64,000 bases of DNA from Candidatus Segetimicrobium genomatis (GTDB taxonomy: Bacteria; Sysuimicrobiota; Sysuimicrobiia; Sysuimicrobiales; Kaftiobacteriaceae), in contig VBAP01000060.1 of assembly GCA_005882335.1 (NCBI GenBank), positions 850 to 64,849 on the forward strand. Direction: 5' to 3'. The notes beneath the pieces are model-generated. The model was not told the DNA's origin. It did no database searches and worked only from the letters and a program-made list of their open reading frames with translations. Positions 7,662-17,691 of the stretch are shown here, piece after piece (the stretch's first letter is position 1; every line of letters begins with the position of its first letter). Both the position numbers and the translations under genes were made by a program.

Positions 7662-10447
7662 GTCCCCACCGCCTGACGCGGCGCGGCGCCCGGCGCCCAG
7701 CCGAGTTCCTCAAGGGCGCCGTCCAGCTCAATGACGTACGTCTGCACGCTGCGGACAAACGACTGCGCCCAGTCGTTGGCCAGGTTCTGCGCATCCCAGT
7801 ACAAGGCAGACAGCGTTCGACACACCGTCCCGCAGTAGGCGAGCTCCCGCCAAGCCTCCAGGCTTACGTCCGGCCAGCGATCGCGCACCGTCGACCAGTA
7901 GGTCGAGATGTCGGGATTCGCCGACAACCGGTGCGACGGTACGGTGAGCTGGGCCAGGTCCACGGCGGGGACGCCCCAGCCGGCATGCTCCCAGTCGAAG
8001 ACGACCACGGCCGTGTCTCCATCCGCGGAGCGCAGGCGCATGTTCTTGCCGCTGAAATCGCCGTGCACGAGCGTTTGCGGCATGCGGCTGCAGATCGCGT
8101 CCACCCGGCTCCAGTGCGCGGCCAGATCATCGAGACGGGCGCGGATCTCCTCGATGAAGACCACATCGTCTGGCGAGAGCACGGGATTGTCCAGGTGCTG
8201 GTGGATCAGTTCGCGAGTCGCCCGCAACAGGTCCAGATAGCGGCCTGGGCTGCCGTCGGGCAGACGCGCGGTGGCGGCCGCGCCAGCCGCCGAGCTATGC
8301 AGCAGACCGAGCCAGCGGGCGGCCAGGGCGCGGTGTTCCGGTAGGAGGTTGGAGTAGTCGGCGCCGGTCGCCTCTTCCATGAAGAGCCAGGAGTATTCGC
8401 TATCCGGTTCTTCGATGAACCCGTAGTGGTGGAGCGACGAGACCGCGGCGTGGGGGAGAATCTCTTCGTAGATGGCGCGCTCGACCAGGGCGACCGCCTT
8501 GGGGCAGCGCTTGGCGATCACCGGGGCGCCGGCCCACCCCGTCCCCTCGAGCCGGTAGACTTGATTCTTCCTCCGGCGCACCTTCAAGGGCGTGATCCGC
8601 AGCGGCTCAGCGTCCGGATACAGCCGGCACCAGGCCACCACTGCGGGATGGCGCATGAGACTCACCCGCCGTTCGGCGACCGGGGTGGGCGCAGCCGGAA
8701 TTCCTGCCGCGGCGGGAGAGAGGGTCGTGCTCGACGCAAGCCGTCCGTGCTCCAGCACGATCAGGGCGGTGCAGCGCTCGAGCAGTTGCGGCCGGTGTGT
8801 GATCAAGATGACGGTGCGGCCGCGCATCAGCCGCCGGATCGCGTCGACGATCGCCGCCTCCGCCTCCTGATCGACGGCGCTGGTCGGCTCGTCCAGGATG
8901 AGCACCGGGCTGTCTTTCAAGAACGCGCGGGCGATGGCGATGCGCTGGCGCTGCCCGCCGGAGAGCTGGACCCCACGCTCGCCCACCTGGGTCTGGTAGC
9001 CCTGGGGGAATCGAGTGATGAACTCGTGCGCGTTGGCCGCCTGGGCGGCTGCGATCACCTCGCGCTCGCTCGCACCCGGCCTGGCATACGCGATGTTTTC
9101 GGCGATGCTGACTGAGAAGAGCACGGGATCTTGCGGCACCACGGCGAACTGCTGGCGCAGATCGTCCAGCCGGTAGTCGCGGACATCGACACCGTCCAGC
9201 AGAATCTCCCCTTCCGTCGGGTCGTAGAATCGTGTGAGCACGCTGATCAGCGTGCTCTTGCCCGCGCCGGACGCGCCCGCGATCCCCAGGCGGGTGCCGG
9301 GCTCGATGGTGAACGAGATGTCGTGCAGCACGCGGCGATCGGGGCTGTAAGCGAAGGACACGTTGCGAAAGGCGATGGCCCCGGCGGCCCGGGTGAGTGG
9401 CCGGGCGTCGGGCCGCTCGACGACATCCGGCGGCTGGTCGAGCACCGCGAACGCCCGCTCGGCGGCGACCAGGTTGGCCTGAAGGCTGGCGGCTTTCCGG
9501 CTGATGGTCTTCAAGGGAGCGTACAGCTGGTTCAGATAGCCCATGACCATGAGGAGCTGGCCTAGGGTGAGCGCATTCGCGCGCACATGGCTGAGACCAA
9601 TGAACAGGACGGCGGCCGTCCCCGCGGCGGTCGTCAGGCCGACGAAGACGTTGAACTCTCCTTCCATGAATGCCTGGCGCATCCGTGCCCGCATCACATC
9701 GCCGCCGCGCCGGAGGTACCGCTGCTCCTCCCGCGCCTCCTGGCCAAAGGCCTTCACGATGCGCAGGGCGCCCAGCACTTCCTGGACGATCCCAAGCGCG
9801 GAGCTGTCGAGCTTCTTGGCTTCCCGCGACTGGCGGCGCAGGCGTCTGCGGAAGAACCGGGCGATCACGATCAATGGCGGTGAAATCGCGATGGCGATCA
9901 GCGCCAGTTGCCAGTCGATGCGGGCCATGACGTAAATCATCCCGACCAGCGTGATGCTGGAGCTGACAAACGGGATGGCGCTATCGGTCAGGACCTGCTG
10001 GATGTCGGGAACGTCGTGCTGGATCCGGTACACGGAGTCCGCGGTGCCCTTGCTGTCGTGGTAGGAGAGTGAGATCCGCTGGAGGTGGCGGAACATGTGC
10101 GTGCGGAAGTCCAAGATCATCTTTTCCTTGACGTAGTTGCCCAGGAGTGCTGCGGCGAGTTGCTGCGCCTGACCCAGCAACGTGATGGCGGCCAGGAGGC
10201 CAACGACAAACAGCAGCAAGGCAGGTGGTGAGCCCGTCACAGCCGGCGGCAGCCACCTGTCGAGCGGGCGCGGCAGGGGATGGGAGCCAATCAGGCTGTC
10301 CACGGCGATCTTCAGCGGTAGGGGGGCGAGCAGGGCAATGGGTGACGCCAGCAGGTTCAAGGTAAACATCCCCAGCATGTGGAGCCAGTAGGCCCGCGTC
10401 TGGCGGAGCACCCGGCGGAACAATACAAGATCGGTATACGTGGCCAT
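7658..10447 (-). CDS. ABC exporter (TMD+NBD, MsbA-like) fused to a C-terminal APH-like kinase domain
   Basis: Start moved to ATG 10447 (MATYTDL). TM region, Walker A GASGAGKST, LSGGQRQR, ILDEPTS and ITHR, followed in frame by IAKRC...TLVHGDFSGKN...VFDWE. Confidence 0.85.
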   Translation of the reverse strand: MATYTDLVLFRRVLRQTRAYWLHMLGMFTLNLLASPIALLAPLPLKIAVDSLIGSHPLPRPLDRWLPPAVTGSPPALLLFVVGLLAAITLLGQAQQLAAALLGNYVKEKMILDFRTHMFRHLQRISLSYHDSKGTADSVYRIQHDVPDIQQVLTDSAIPFVSSSITLVGMIYVMARIDWQLALIAIAISPPLIVIARFFRRRLRRQSREAKKLDSSALGIVQEVLGALRIVKAFGQEAREEQRYLRRGGDVMRARMRQAFMEGEFNVFVGLTTAAGTAAVLFIGLSHVRANALTLGQLLMVMGYLNQLYAPLKTISRKAASLQANLVAAERAFAVLDQPPDVVERPDARPLTRAAGAIAFRNVSFAYSPDRRVLHDISFTIEPGTRLGIAGASGAGKSTLISVLTRFYDPTEGEILLDGVDVRDYRLDDLRQQFAVVPQDPVLFSVSIAENIAYARPGASEREVIAAAQAANAHEFITRFPQGYQTQVGERGVQLSGGQRQRIAIARAFLKDSPVLILDEPTSAVDQEAEAAIVDAIRRLMRGRTVILITHRPQLLERCTALIVLEHGRLASSTTLSPAAAGIPAAPTPVAERRVSLMRHPAVVAWCRLYPDAEPLRITPLKVRRRKNQVYRLEGTGWAGAPVIAKRCPKAVALVERAIYEEILPHAAVSSLHHYGFIEEPDSEYSWLFMEEATGADYSNLLPEHRALAARWLGLLHSSAAGAAATARLPDGSPGRYLDLLRATRELIHQHLDNPVLSPDDVVFIEEIRARLDDLAAHWSRVDAICSRMPQTLVHGDFSGKNMRLRSADGDTAVVVFDWEHAGWGVPAVDLAQLTVPSHRLSANPDISTYWSTVRDRWPDVSLEAWRELAYCGTVCRTLSALYWDAQNLANDWAQSFVRSVQTYVIELDGALEELGWAPGAAPRQAVGT

Positions 10448-10451
10448 GGCG

Positions 10452-13091
10452 CTACCGCTTTTCCCTGTCGACGGCCTGCCGGATCGCCGCCACCGCATCA
10501 GCGCAATCGATGGACGTGCGTAGTGCGAGAAGGAGGGTGATCGCGCCGAGCACAACGGCGACCGCCGGCGCCCTGTCCTCGATCGCTTCAGCGGCCAACC
10601 CGGCGAAGGCGAGCGTCGCCGCCACCCCCGCCGGGGACCAGCGCGGCCACCAGCGATACCGGGCCAGCTGCACGCCCGCGCCGGTGTCTTCGACGGCCGC
10701 GAGCAGCCTGGCCGCGCCGAGTGTGCCGACGCAGGCTTCCAGATCCCAGCGGTCGTAGTCGCCGCCACGGCGCACGTTGGCCCCGGCCGCCTTGAGGCTG
10801 GCCTCGATGCGTTGGAGCTTGACATCGGGATCCTCCCAGCGCTCGCTCCAGACGGCAACGCGCCCGGGCAGCGGCAGCGCGATGCCGAACAGACGGTGCC
10901 GCCGCGCCCCGTTCCAAGTTGGCGGAGACGAGTCGTATTGCCGCAGCGTCGGACTGGTGACTCGGAGCGGAGCGTGTCGGCGCCATGGCGCGAGGCCGTA
11001 GTGCAGGCGGCCGGAGAGACGCGCCAGGGGCTGGAGCAGATACAACGACGCTGTGAGCATCCACCGCTTGGTTCGGCCGGCACGCGACGGAGGGACGTCG
11101 GGAAGGACAGCCCGCGCCGCGGCCAGGCAGGCCTGCGTGACCACCACAAGCACAGAGAGCGCAAACGGCAGCAGGGCGACCAGCAGCGGCCGCCACAACG
11201 CGCCAAGCGCTGAGACCATGCCGAGGAGCAGGATGACCAGGTACCATTCCGGGATCGCCGGCATCAACCACAGCGTGGCCGGCGATCGCTCGTACAGCGA
11301 TTGGTAGGGCGCGCTGCCCCAGACCCCATGGTAGATTCGTCTCAGCGGGCGAAGAAAGGATGCGGGGTTGTTGCCGTACACCCAGCCGGACCAGGTCACA
11401 TGGCCCGCGCCGTTATATCGATGGGGCCACTTTCGTGCCAGCAGCGCCTCGGCTTTGCCATACTCGCGCTGTTGCCGCCAGTACGCGCGAATGGAGTTGC
11501 GGCGGTGGTGCCAGACGACAGCCGCTGGAGAGAATCCAATCGTCCAGCCGCGCTCCCGGAGCCGCCAGCAGAGGTCGACATCGTCGCCAGCGATGCGAAA
11601 CTGTGGATCGAATCCGCCGACCCCCCGCAGGCGCTCGGTGCGGAAGGCCATGTTGCACCCCGGGATGTGCTCCGCCTCTCGATCCGAGGTGAGCACATGA
11701 ACCGGCCCGCCCGGGGCGTTCGCCACGCAGCCGGCGATGAAACCGTCGCCCGGCGGCGCGATGTTCGGCCCGCCGACCGCGGCGTGTGCCGTGGTGAGAA
11801 AGCTCGCGGCGAGATACTTGAGCCAGTGGGGATCGGGGTACGCGTCGTCGTCGATGTACGCGACGATTTCCCCAGTCGCCGCCTCCAGACCGACGTCGCG
11901 CGCGGCGGCCAGGCCGTGCTGCTCGGTGCTGATGACGCGTACGCCAAACTCGCTGGCGATGGCCGCCGTGCCGTCGGTCGAACCGTCGTCGACGACGATC
12001 ACCTCGACACTCGGATAGTCCTGCGTTCGCAGGCCCGCCAAGCAGTCGCGAATTGTGCGCGCGCCGTTGTGGGTGCAGACGATCACCGAGATGCGCGGCC
12101 ATGGCGCATGGCCTGGGAACGGAAGCTCGGTGAACACGCGCCTCACCGCGCCCAGCGCCGGTTTTGGTGTACGGTCACGACGCGTCAGGCCGAATGCCCA
12201 GTTGTCGACCTCGGCGCCGCCCCGGAACCACTCGTCGGTCCAGGCAAAGACGAACCCTCCGGCGCAGCCCGAGCCAAAGACCGAGCGGATCTGCCAGTCC
12301 AGCGTGCGCGCCTGCTCGGGCTCACCGTGCCGCAGGCTGTCCAGCCCGATCTCGCTCATCACCAGCGGGCGGTCGCCCGCGATGGTGTGCAGGCGGGCCA
12401 GGTATGCCTCAAAGCGTTCTTGGGTTTCCAGATAGACGTTGAAGCTGACCAGGTCCAGGAACGGGAGCTGCAGATACTCGGCGGTGGGGTAGTTCACGTA
12501 GGTGACGAGTCCGTCGGGATCTTCCGCCTTGACGGCCCGGAATAACCGCTCCAGGTACCGTTCCACCGGGCCGGGCCCCAGCCAGCGCACGATCGAGGCG
12601 GGTACCTCATTGCCCAGGGCGTAGCACAGGAGCGCCGGGTGGCCGGCGATGGTCCGCACTTTTTCGCGGAGCAGATCCTCGATGTCACCCATTGGCTTCT
12701 TGCGATCGATCAAAAAGCCCAGATATTGCTCCGCGGAGAGCCCCACCATGACGCGCAGGTCGTGCCGCGCCGCCGCGTCCAGCAGGGCCGTGGGGGGCGT
12801 GGTGTGCGGAATGCGCACGGCGTTCACGCCTGCCTCCGCCATCTGCGCAAAGTCGCGCTCGATGGCGTCTGGGTCATGGTATTCTTGACCTGCGGCATTG
12901 GGACGAAACGCCCCGTAGGTCACACCGCGCACGAAAAGCTTGCTGTCGCCGGCAAAGATGAACTTGCCCCGCACCTGCGGCCGGACCAGTACCGGAACGC
13001 CAGGCGGACTATGGCGGGGGATGACCGGGGCGATCGTCTGCACGGTTCGCACCACGGGCGCGGACGAGCTGGACGGAGTGGTGATCGACAC
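10452..13091 (-). CDS. Fusion of a GH-A clan (GH2/GH5-like) TIM barrel and a GT2 glycosyltransferase with C-terminal TM helices
   Basis: N-terminal RGVTY, NAVRI, LGNE and VMSEIG motifs. GT2 motifs VIVCTHN, VVDDGSTD, IDDDAYP, GCNMAFR, GDDVDL. Hydrophobic helices follow. Confidence 0.85.
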   Translation of the reverse strand: MSITTPSSSSAPVVRTVQTIAPVIPRHSPPGVPVLVRPQVRGKFIFAGDSKLFVRGVTYGAFRPNAAGQEYHDPDAIERDFAQMAEAGVNAVRIPHTTPPTALLDAAARHDLRVMVGLSAEQYLGFLIDRKKPMGDIEDLLREKVRTIAGHPALLCYALGNEVPASIVRWLGPGPVERYLERLFRAVKAEDPDGLVTYVNYPTAEYLQLPFLDLVSFNVYLETQERFEAYLARLHTIAGDRPLVMSEIGLDSLRHGEPEQARTLDWQIRSVFGSGCAGGFVFAWTDEWFRGGAEVDNWAFGLTRRDRTPKPALGAVRRVFTELPFPGHAPWPRISVIVCTHNGARTIRDCLAGLRTQDYPSVEVIVVDDGSTDGTAAIASEFGVRVISTEQHGLAAARDVGLEAATGEIVAYIDDDAYPDPHWLKYLAASFLTTAHAAVGGPNIAPPGDGFIAGCVANAPGGPVHVLTSDREAEHIPGCNMAFRTERLRGVGGFDPQFRIAGDDVDLCWRLRERGWTIGFSPAAVVWHHRRNSIRAYWRQQREYGKAEALLARKWPHRYNGAGHVTWSGWVYGNNPASFLRPLRRIYHGVWGSAPYQSLYERSPATLWLMPAIPEWYLVILLLGMVSALGALWRPLLVALLPFALSVLVVVTQACLAAARAVLPDVPPSRAGRTKRWMLTASLYLLQPLARLSGRLHYGLAPWRRHAPLRVTSPTLRQYDSSPPTWNGARRHRLFGIALPLPGRVAVWSERWEDPDVKLQRIEASLKAAGANVRRGGDYDRWDLEACVGTLGAARLLAAVEDTGAGVQLARYRWWPRWSPAGVAATLAFAGLAAEAIEDRAPAVAVVLGAITLLLALRTSIDCADAVAAIRQAVDREKR

Positions 13092-13100
13092 GCCGCGATC

Positions 13101-14084
13101 CTACGACGTGACCAGATTTTGCTTCGGCGCCATCCTCACGAACCATGCGATCGTCCGCCGCAGTCCCTCCCGCAGCGGCACGGCGGGGGACCACCCCAAC
13201 ACGGCCTGGGCTTTCCCAATGTCCGGTCGCCGGCGCGCCGGATCGTCCTGGGGCAGGGGCAGGTGGACAATATTCGGCGTCGTTCCGACCAGCGAGGCGA
13301 CGATATCGGCCAATTCGAGGAGCGTCATCTCCTCGGGGTTGCCCAAATTGATGACCTCGCCGGCTAGGCCGTCATACGTGGCGAACCGGTAGATCCCCTC
13401 GACGAGATCGTCGACAAAACAAAAACTCCGCGTCTGCCGCCCGTCGCCATGCACCGGTAGGGGAACGCCAGACAGCGCGTGGGTGATGAACTGGGGGATG
13501 ACGCGGCCGTCGTCGGCGCGCATCCGCGGGCCATACGTGTTGAAGATCCTCAGGATGCGTGTATCCAGCGTGTTCGCGCGATGATAGGCCATCGTCAGGG
13601 CCTCGGCGAAGCGCTTCGCCTCGTCATATACACTGCGCGGACCAATCGGGTTGACATGGCCCCAGTACGATTCGGGCTGGGGATGGATTTGGGGGTCGCC
13701 GTACACCTCGCTGGTGGAGGCCAGCACGTATCGCGCCCCGCGCGCCCTGGCCAGCTCGAGGGTGAGCAAGGTGCCCACGGCATCCACTTTGAGCGTGTCG
13801 ATGGGATATCGCAGGTAGTCTTTGGGGCTGGCGGGCGAGGCAAAGTGCAGGACGAGATCGACGGGATCGTCAACGACGAACGGCTTGGTGACGTCATGCT
13901 CGATGAACCGGAACCCGCCGTCCCCGTCCAGGTGAGTCAGGTTCCCGGCCGTCCCCGTCAGCAGGTTGTCCACGCCCACGACGCGCCAGCGGTGCGCCAG
14001 GAAATGATCGCAGAGGTGCGAACCGAGAAATCCGGCCGCTCCCGTGATCAACACGGTCGCAGGAGTTGCGCGGTGCGCGTTCAT
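13101..14084 (-). CDS. uxs: UDP-glucuronic acid decarboxylase (UDP-xylose synthase-like)
   Basis: [55 protein letters not shown]. Confidence 0.85.
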   Translation of the reverse strand: MNAHRATPATVLITGAAGFLGSHLCDHFLAHRWRVVGVDNLLTGTAGNLTHLDGDGGFRFIEHDVTKPFVVDDPVDLVLHFASPASPKDYLRYPIDTLKVDAVGTLLTLELARARGARYVLASTSEVYGDPQIHPQPESYWGHVNPIGPRSVYDEAKRFAEALTMAYHRANTLDTRILRIFNTYGPRMRADDGRVIPQFITHALSGVPLPVHGDGRQTRSFCFVDDLVEGIYRFATYDGLAGEVINLGNPEEMTLLELADIVASLVGTTPNIVHLPLPQDDPARRRPDIGKAQAVLGWSPAVPLREGLRRTIAWFVRMAPKQNLVTS

Positions 14085-15424
14085 GTGCGCTCGCGTCGCG
14101 GTTCGGGGTGGAGCGACACGTCCCCGCGGCCCAGGCTGTAGTACTCAAAGCCCGCGGCCTGCATCTGCGACGGCTCGAAGAGATTCCTGCCGTCCACGAC
14201 CACGGGCGTTCGCATCAACGTCCGGATTCGGCCGAAATCGAGAGACCGGAACTCATTCCAGTCTGTGAGGATCACGAGGGCGTGGGCATCGCGGGCCGCA
14301 TCATAGGCCGACGCCACATACGAAAGGCGGTCATCGGGCGGATGGAACCGCTCGAAGTTTCGCACCGCCGCGGGATCATAGACGCGCAGAATGGCTCCGG
14401 TGCTGTGCAGCCGGGGGATCACCCCGAGGCTGGGCGCGCCCCGGATGTCGTCGGTATCGGGCTTGAACGACACACCCAGTACGCCGATGACCTTCTGCGG
14501 CAGCACCCACAGCGCGCGCTCGACCTTCCCCAGCAACCTGTCGATGCGGGCGACGTTGATGCGCTCCACCTCTTTCAGCATGCCGACGTCGACGCCGCTG
14601 CTCCCGGCTACCCTGATCAGGGCGCTGACGTCCTTGGGCAGGCAGGAACCGCCGAAGCCCAGGCCCGCGTTGAGAAAGTCGCGGCCGATGCGCGGGTCGA
14701 GGCCAATACCCTTGGCCACGGTGGTGACGTCTACATCGAGTTTCTCGCAGAGGTCCGACACCAGGTTGATGAAGGAGATCTTCGTGGCGAGAAAGGCGTT
14801 GGCCGCCTGCTTGATCAGTTCGGCCGTCGTCACGCTCGTGACGATGATCGGGCAGTCGAAGCTGGACTGGTAGAGGTCGAGGAGCAGCGACCGGGCCCGC
14901 TCGCTGTCCGCGCCGATGACGATCCGGTCCGGATGCAGAAAGTCGCGGACGGCGGAACCCTCCCGCAGAAACTCCGGATTGCTGGCGATGTCAAACTCCC
15001 GTTCCCGTCCGGCCAGCCGGCGGATCGTCCAGTCGATCCAGTGTGCCGTGCGGGCGGGAACGGTGCTCTTCTCCACGATCAGCTTGTAGCCATCCAGCAT
15101 CGACGCGATGGTGCGGGCGACTTCCTCGACCTGGGACAGGTCGGCGTGCCCATCGCTTCGGGGCGGGGTTCCCACGCAGACGAAGATCATGTCGGATGCG
15201 CACACGGCATCCTCGGCTTTCGTGGTGAAGCTGAGGCGGTCGGCCTCCAGGTTGGAGGTCAGCAACTCCTCCAGCCCGGGTTCATGAATGGTCGGCACGC
15301 CATCCGACAGGCGTGCAACGATGTCTGGATTCTTGTCGATGGCCGTGACGGTGTGCCCCAACTGCGCGAGGCACACCGACGTGACCAGTCCCGCGTATCC
15401 TGTGCCGAAGAGGCCAAGTCTCAT
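14081..15424 (-). CDS. ugd: UDP-glucose 6-dehydrogenase
   Basis: [54 protein letters not shown] before ATG 15424. Confidence 0.9.
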   Translation of the reverse strand: MRLGLFGTGYAGLVTSVCLAQLGHTVTAIDKNPDIVARLSDGVPTIHEPGLEELLTSNLEADRLSFTTKAEDAVCASDMIFVCVGTPPRSDGHADLSQVEEVARTIASMLDGYKLIVEKSTVPARTAHWIDWTIRRLAGREREFDIASNPEFLREGSAVRDFLHPDRIVIGADSERARSLLLDLYQSSFDCPIIVTSVTTAELIKQAANAFLATKISFINLVSDLCEKLDVDVTTVAKGIGLDPRIGRDFLNAGLGFGGSCLPKDVSALIRVAGSSGVDVGMLKEVERINVARIDRLLGKVERALWVLPQKVIGVLGVSFKPDTDDIRGAPSLGVIPRLHSTGAILRVYDPAAVRNFERFHPPDDRLSYVASAYDAARDAHALVILTDWNEFRSLDFGRIRTLMRTPVVVDGRNLFEPSQMQAAGFEYYSLGRGDVSLHPEPRRERT

Positions 15425-15697
15425 ACTACTCCTCACTTATACCCCTGGAAGCGATGGAGTCCGGTGGGGAAATCCCCGGTCGATTTTGGGTAGGTTATGC
15501 ATTTGGGCTCATGAATATCTCAGCCTCTGGCGGGAAAACGCCCCGATCATCGCTCTATCAAACGGCTGACCATCCCCGGGCTCGTGTCTGGTCCAGGCGC
15601 ACAGGCCATTGAGGTCACCACCCGGACGGAACATGTCTCGAGCACTGCGAGTCGCCGTGTTCCTATGATTGCCGGCAGCTGAACGGCGTCGCGCGCG

Positions 15698-16186
15698 TCA
15701 GTTCGCGCCTGCAGCCCACGACAGATGCCGGATGGCGTCGGCCAGCCTTGTGACCGCGGTGGCCACTTCCGCCGCCTGGTAGCTACGGCCGGCCCGGTAA
15801 TGCTGCCGTGCCAGCGAGAGATACCGGATGGCCAGGGCGTAGAGCATCTGCGAGTCTCCACTCAAGCGGGCGTGATCGCCTTCTGCCAATAGCCGCTCCT
15901 GAGCGATCAGCAACTCCCGCGCTGCCCGCTCGGCGTCGAAGTCGGCCGAATCCAGTGATGGTGTCGCGGGTGTTGCGGGCGTCGCAGGCGTCCCGGGTGT
16001 CTCAGGCGCCGCGGGTGTTGCGGGTGTTGCGGGCGTGCCGGGTGTCCCAGGATGCCCCGGCCGCACGGGATGCTCGGGAGGCGATGGAGCCGTCGGCGCG
16101 TCGCGGGGAGGAGCCGCGAATCCCGCAGGGCGCAACGTTCCCGTCACCACCAGCGTCACGATCGCGAGGATGAGTACCGGTTTCAT
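15698..16186 (-). CDS. Secreted hypothetical protein with Pro/Ala/Thr repeats
   Basis: Signal-peptide-like N-terminus, PGTPGTPATPATPA linker and a helical C-terminal part. Confidence 0.6.
   Translation of the reverse strand: MKPVLILAIVTLVVTGTLRPAGFAAPPRDAPTAPSPPEHPVRPGHPGTPGTPATPATPAAPETPGTPATPATPATPSLDSADFDAERAARELLIAQERLLAEGDHARLSGDSQMLYALAIRYLSLARQHYRAGRSYQAAEVATAVTRLADAIRHLSWAAGAN
15958..16056. repeat. Degenerate 9-bp tandem repeat (GCGGGTGTT-like) encoding PAT/PGT units
   Basis: gcgggtgtt repeated at about 15966-16034, with degenerate copies on either side. Confidence 0.7.
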
Positions 16187-16305
16187 CCCTGTCCTCGTTT
16201 ACGAAGGCAGCGTGTTCCGTATCGTCTACCGTCTGGTGAGCGCAGCGACGAGAGATAGCCTAGACGGCCTGTCTGACATGCGGGTGATTGGAGATGACGG
16301 AATGA

Positions 16306-17691
16306 TTACAACCGCACGGCGGGCACGGTCAAGGTCAGCGAGGTGCCATGCCCAGGGATGCTTTCAGCCGACAGGCGGCCGCCGTGAGACTCCACGATGC
16401 CGCGTGCAATGGCCAGGCCAAGCCCGAATCCGTCGCCCGTCGGCGGATAGCGATAGAATCGGTCGAAGATCCGCGGCAGGCGCTCGGGGGCAATGCCCAC
16501 GCCATCGTCGCGCACCGTGATCCGTCCGCCTCCCACCTCGATCGTGATGGTCCCGGTCGGCGCGGTATGACGGATGGCGTTGTCCACCAGGTTGCCCAGC
16601 GCCTCGCGGATCTGGTTCGGGTCCACGTCCGCCGTCGCATTGTCGCCACGCACCAGCTGCAATTGTCTGGCGCCGGCCAGCACGCGAAAGTCATCGAGCA
16701 CACGCGCCGCGATGTCGCCGAGGTTCACCTCTTCCCGCTGCAACGGGGCGCCCGCATCGAGCGCAGAGAGCGTGATGAGGCGGCGCAGCACATGATCCAG
16801 GCGGCTCACCTGCTCGCGCATGGTGGCATACGACGTGAGGACCTTGGCCGGATCTGCAATGACCATCCGCTCCAGCAGCTCCAGGTGACCGCTGAGCACG
16901 GTGAGCGGTGTCTTCAACTGGTGCGCCGCATCGGTCACAAACCGCTGCTGCGCGGTGAACGCGGCTTCGAGTTTGTGAACCATCTCGTCGAATGAGGTGG
17001 CGAGCCGTCCGACCTCGTCTCGGCCGTGCGGCAATTCAGACCGCCGGTGGAGCTCCCCCCGGGCGATCGCGCAACAGGTCGCCTCGAGTTTCTCCAGGGG
17101 GACCGCAAGGTAGCCGCCGAACAGCAGCGCCAGCACTCCACTGGCCAGCAGCGTCGCCATCGCCGCGCCAATCAGAATGAGGCGGAGCCGGCCCAGCGAG
17201 CGATCCACGTCTGTCAAGGGCGTGCTGAGCTGGATCACACCGACGAGGCCGGATGCGGGCGAAAGCGACCGCAGCGGGATGTACATGACGAGTTCACGTC
17301 CACCCTCGACACGGTGGACGTATGTCGCCAGGCTGTCTCCGCTGAGGATCCGCCGGACGGCGTCATCCCGAACGGGTGCCGGGTCCAGGTCCTCCGGCAG
17401 AATCTTGCCCGAGGCCACCACCCTGCCGTCGGCATCCAGCACGAGCGCTGCGACGTCGTGCCTCGTCAGGTCCAGCGCCAGATCGCGGCCCAGCGCGGGA
17501 AGCGGCAGCCGCATCCTGGCGAGGCGATTCATGTACACGTCGGCCGTCGGAGAGAAGTGTTCCCGCAACGTCTGGGCGCTGTGATCCAGCAGGAACTGGT
17601 CGAGGTTCCGTTCGTAGGCCACGCTCAACACCAGGTCCAACAGGCCGACCGTGGCCAGCACGACGATGGCAATCTTCCACCGGAATCTCAC
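16306..17691 (-). CDS. HAMP-domain sensor histidine kinase
   Basis: Two TM helices, HAMP domain, H-box DAAHQLKTPLT, N-box NLVDNAIRH, DDGVG, FDRFYR, GLGLAI. Confidence 0.92.
   Translation of the reverse strand: MRFRWKIAIVVLATVGLLDLVLSVAYERNLDQFLLDHSAQTLREHFSPTADVYMNRLARMRLPLPALGRDLALDLTRHDVAALVLDADGRVVASGKILPEDLDPAPVRDDAVRRILSGDSLATYVHRVEGGRELVMYIPLRSLSPASGLVGVIQLSTPLTDVDRSLGRLRLILIGAAMATLLASGVLALLFGGYLAVPLEKLEATCCAIARGELHRRSELPHGRDEVGRLATSFDEMVHKLEAAFTAQQRFVTDAAHQLKTPLTVLSGHLELLERMVIADPAKVLTSYATMREQVSRLDHVLRRLITLSALDAGAPLQREEVNLGDIAARVLDDFRVLAGARQLQLVRGDNATADVDPNQIREALGNLVDNAIRHTAPTGTITIEVGGGRITVRDDGVGIAPERLPRIFDRFYRYPPTGDGFGLGLAIARGIVESHGGRLSAESIPGHGTSLTLTVPAVRL

Noticed and set aside
10448..11206. 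N-terminal extension giving the 1182-aa version of the ABC-kinase ORF
   Set aside because: It overlaps the GH-GT2 gene in another frame and is Arg/Pro/Ser-rich nonsense; ATG 10447 just after the upstream stop is the plausible start.
14066..15493. Long antisense or alternate-frame ORFs (also 11301-12545, 32535-33656, 41927-43105, 60587-62107, 61683-63032)
   Set aside because: They are shadows of well-supported genes, expected in high-GC DNA, and have no recognisable motifs.
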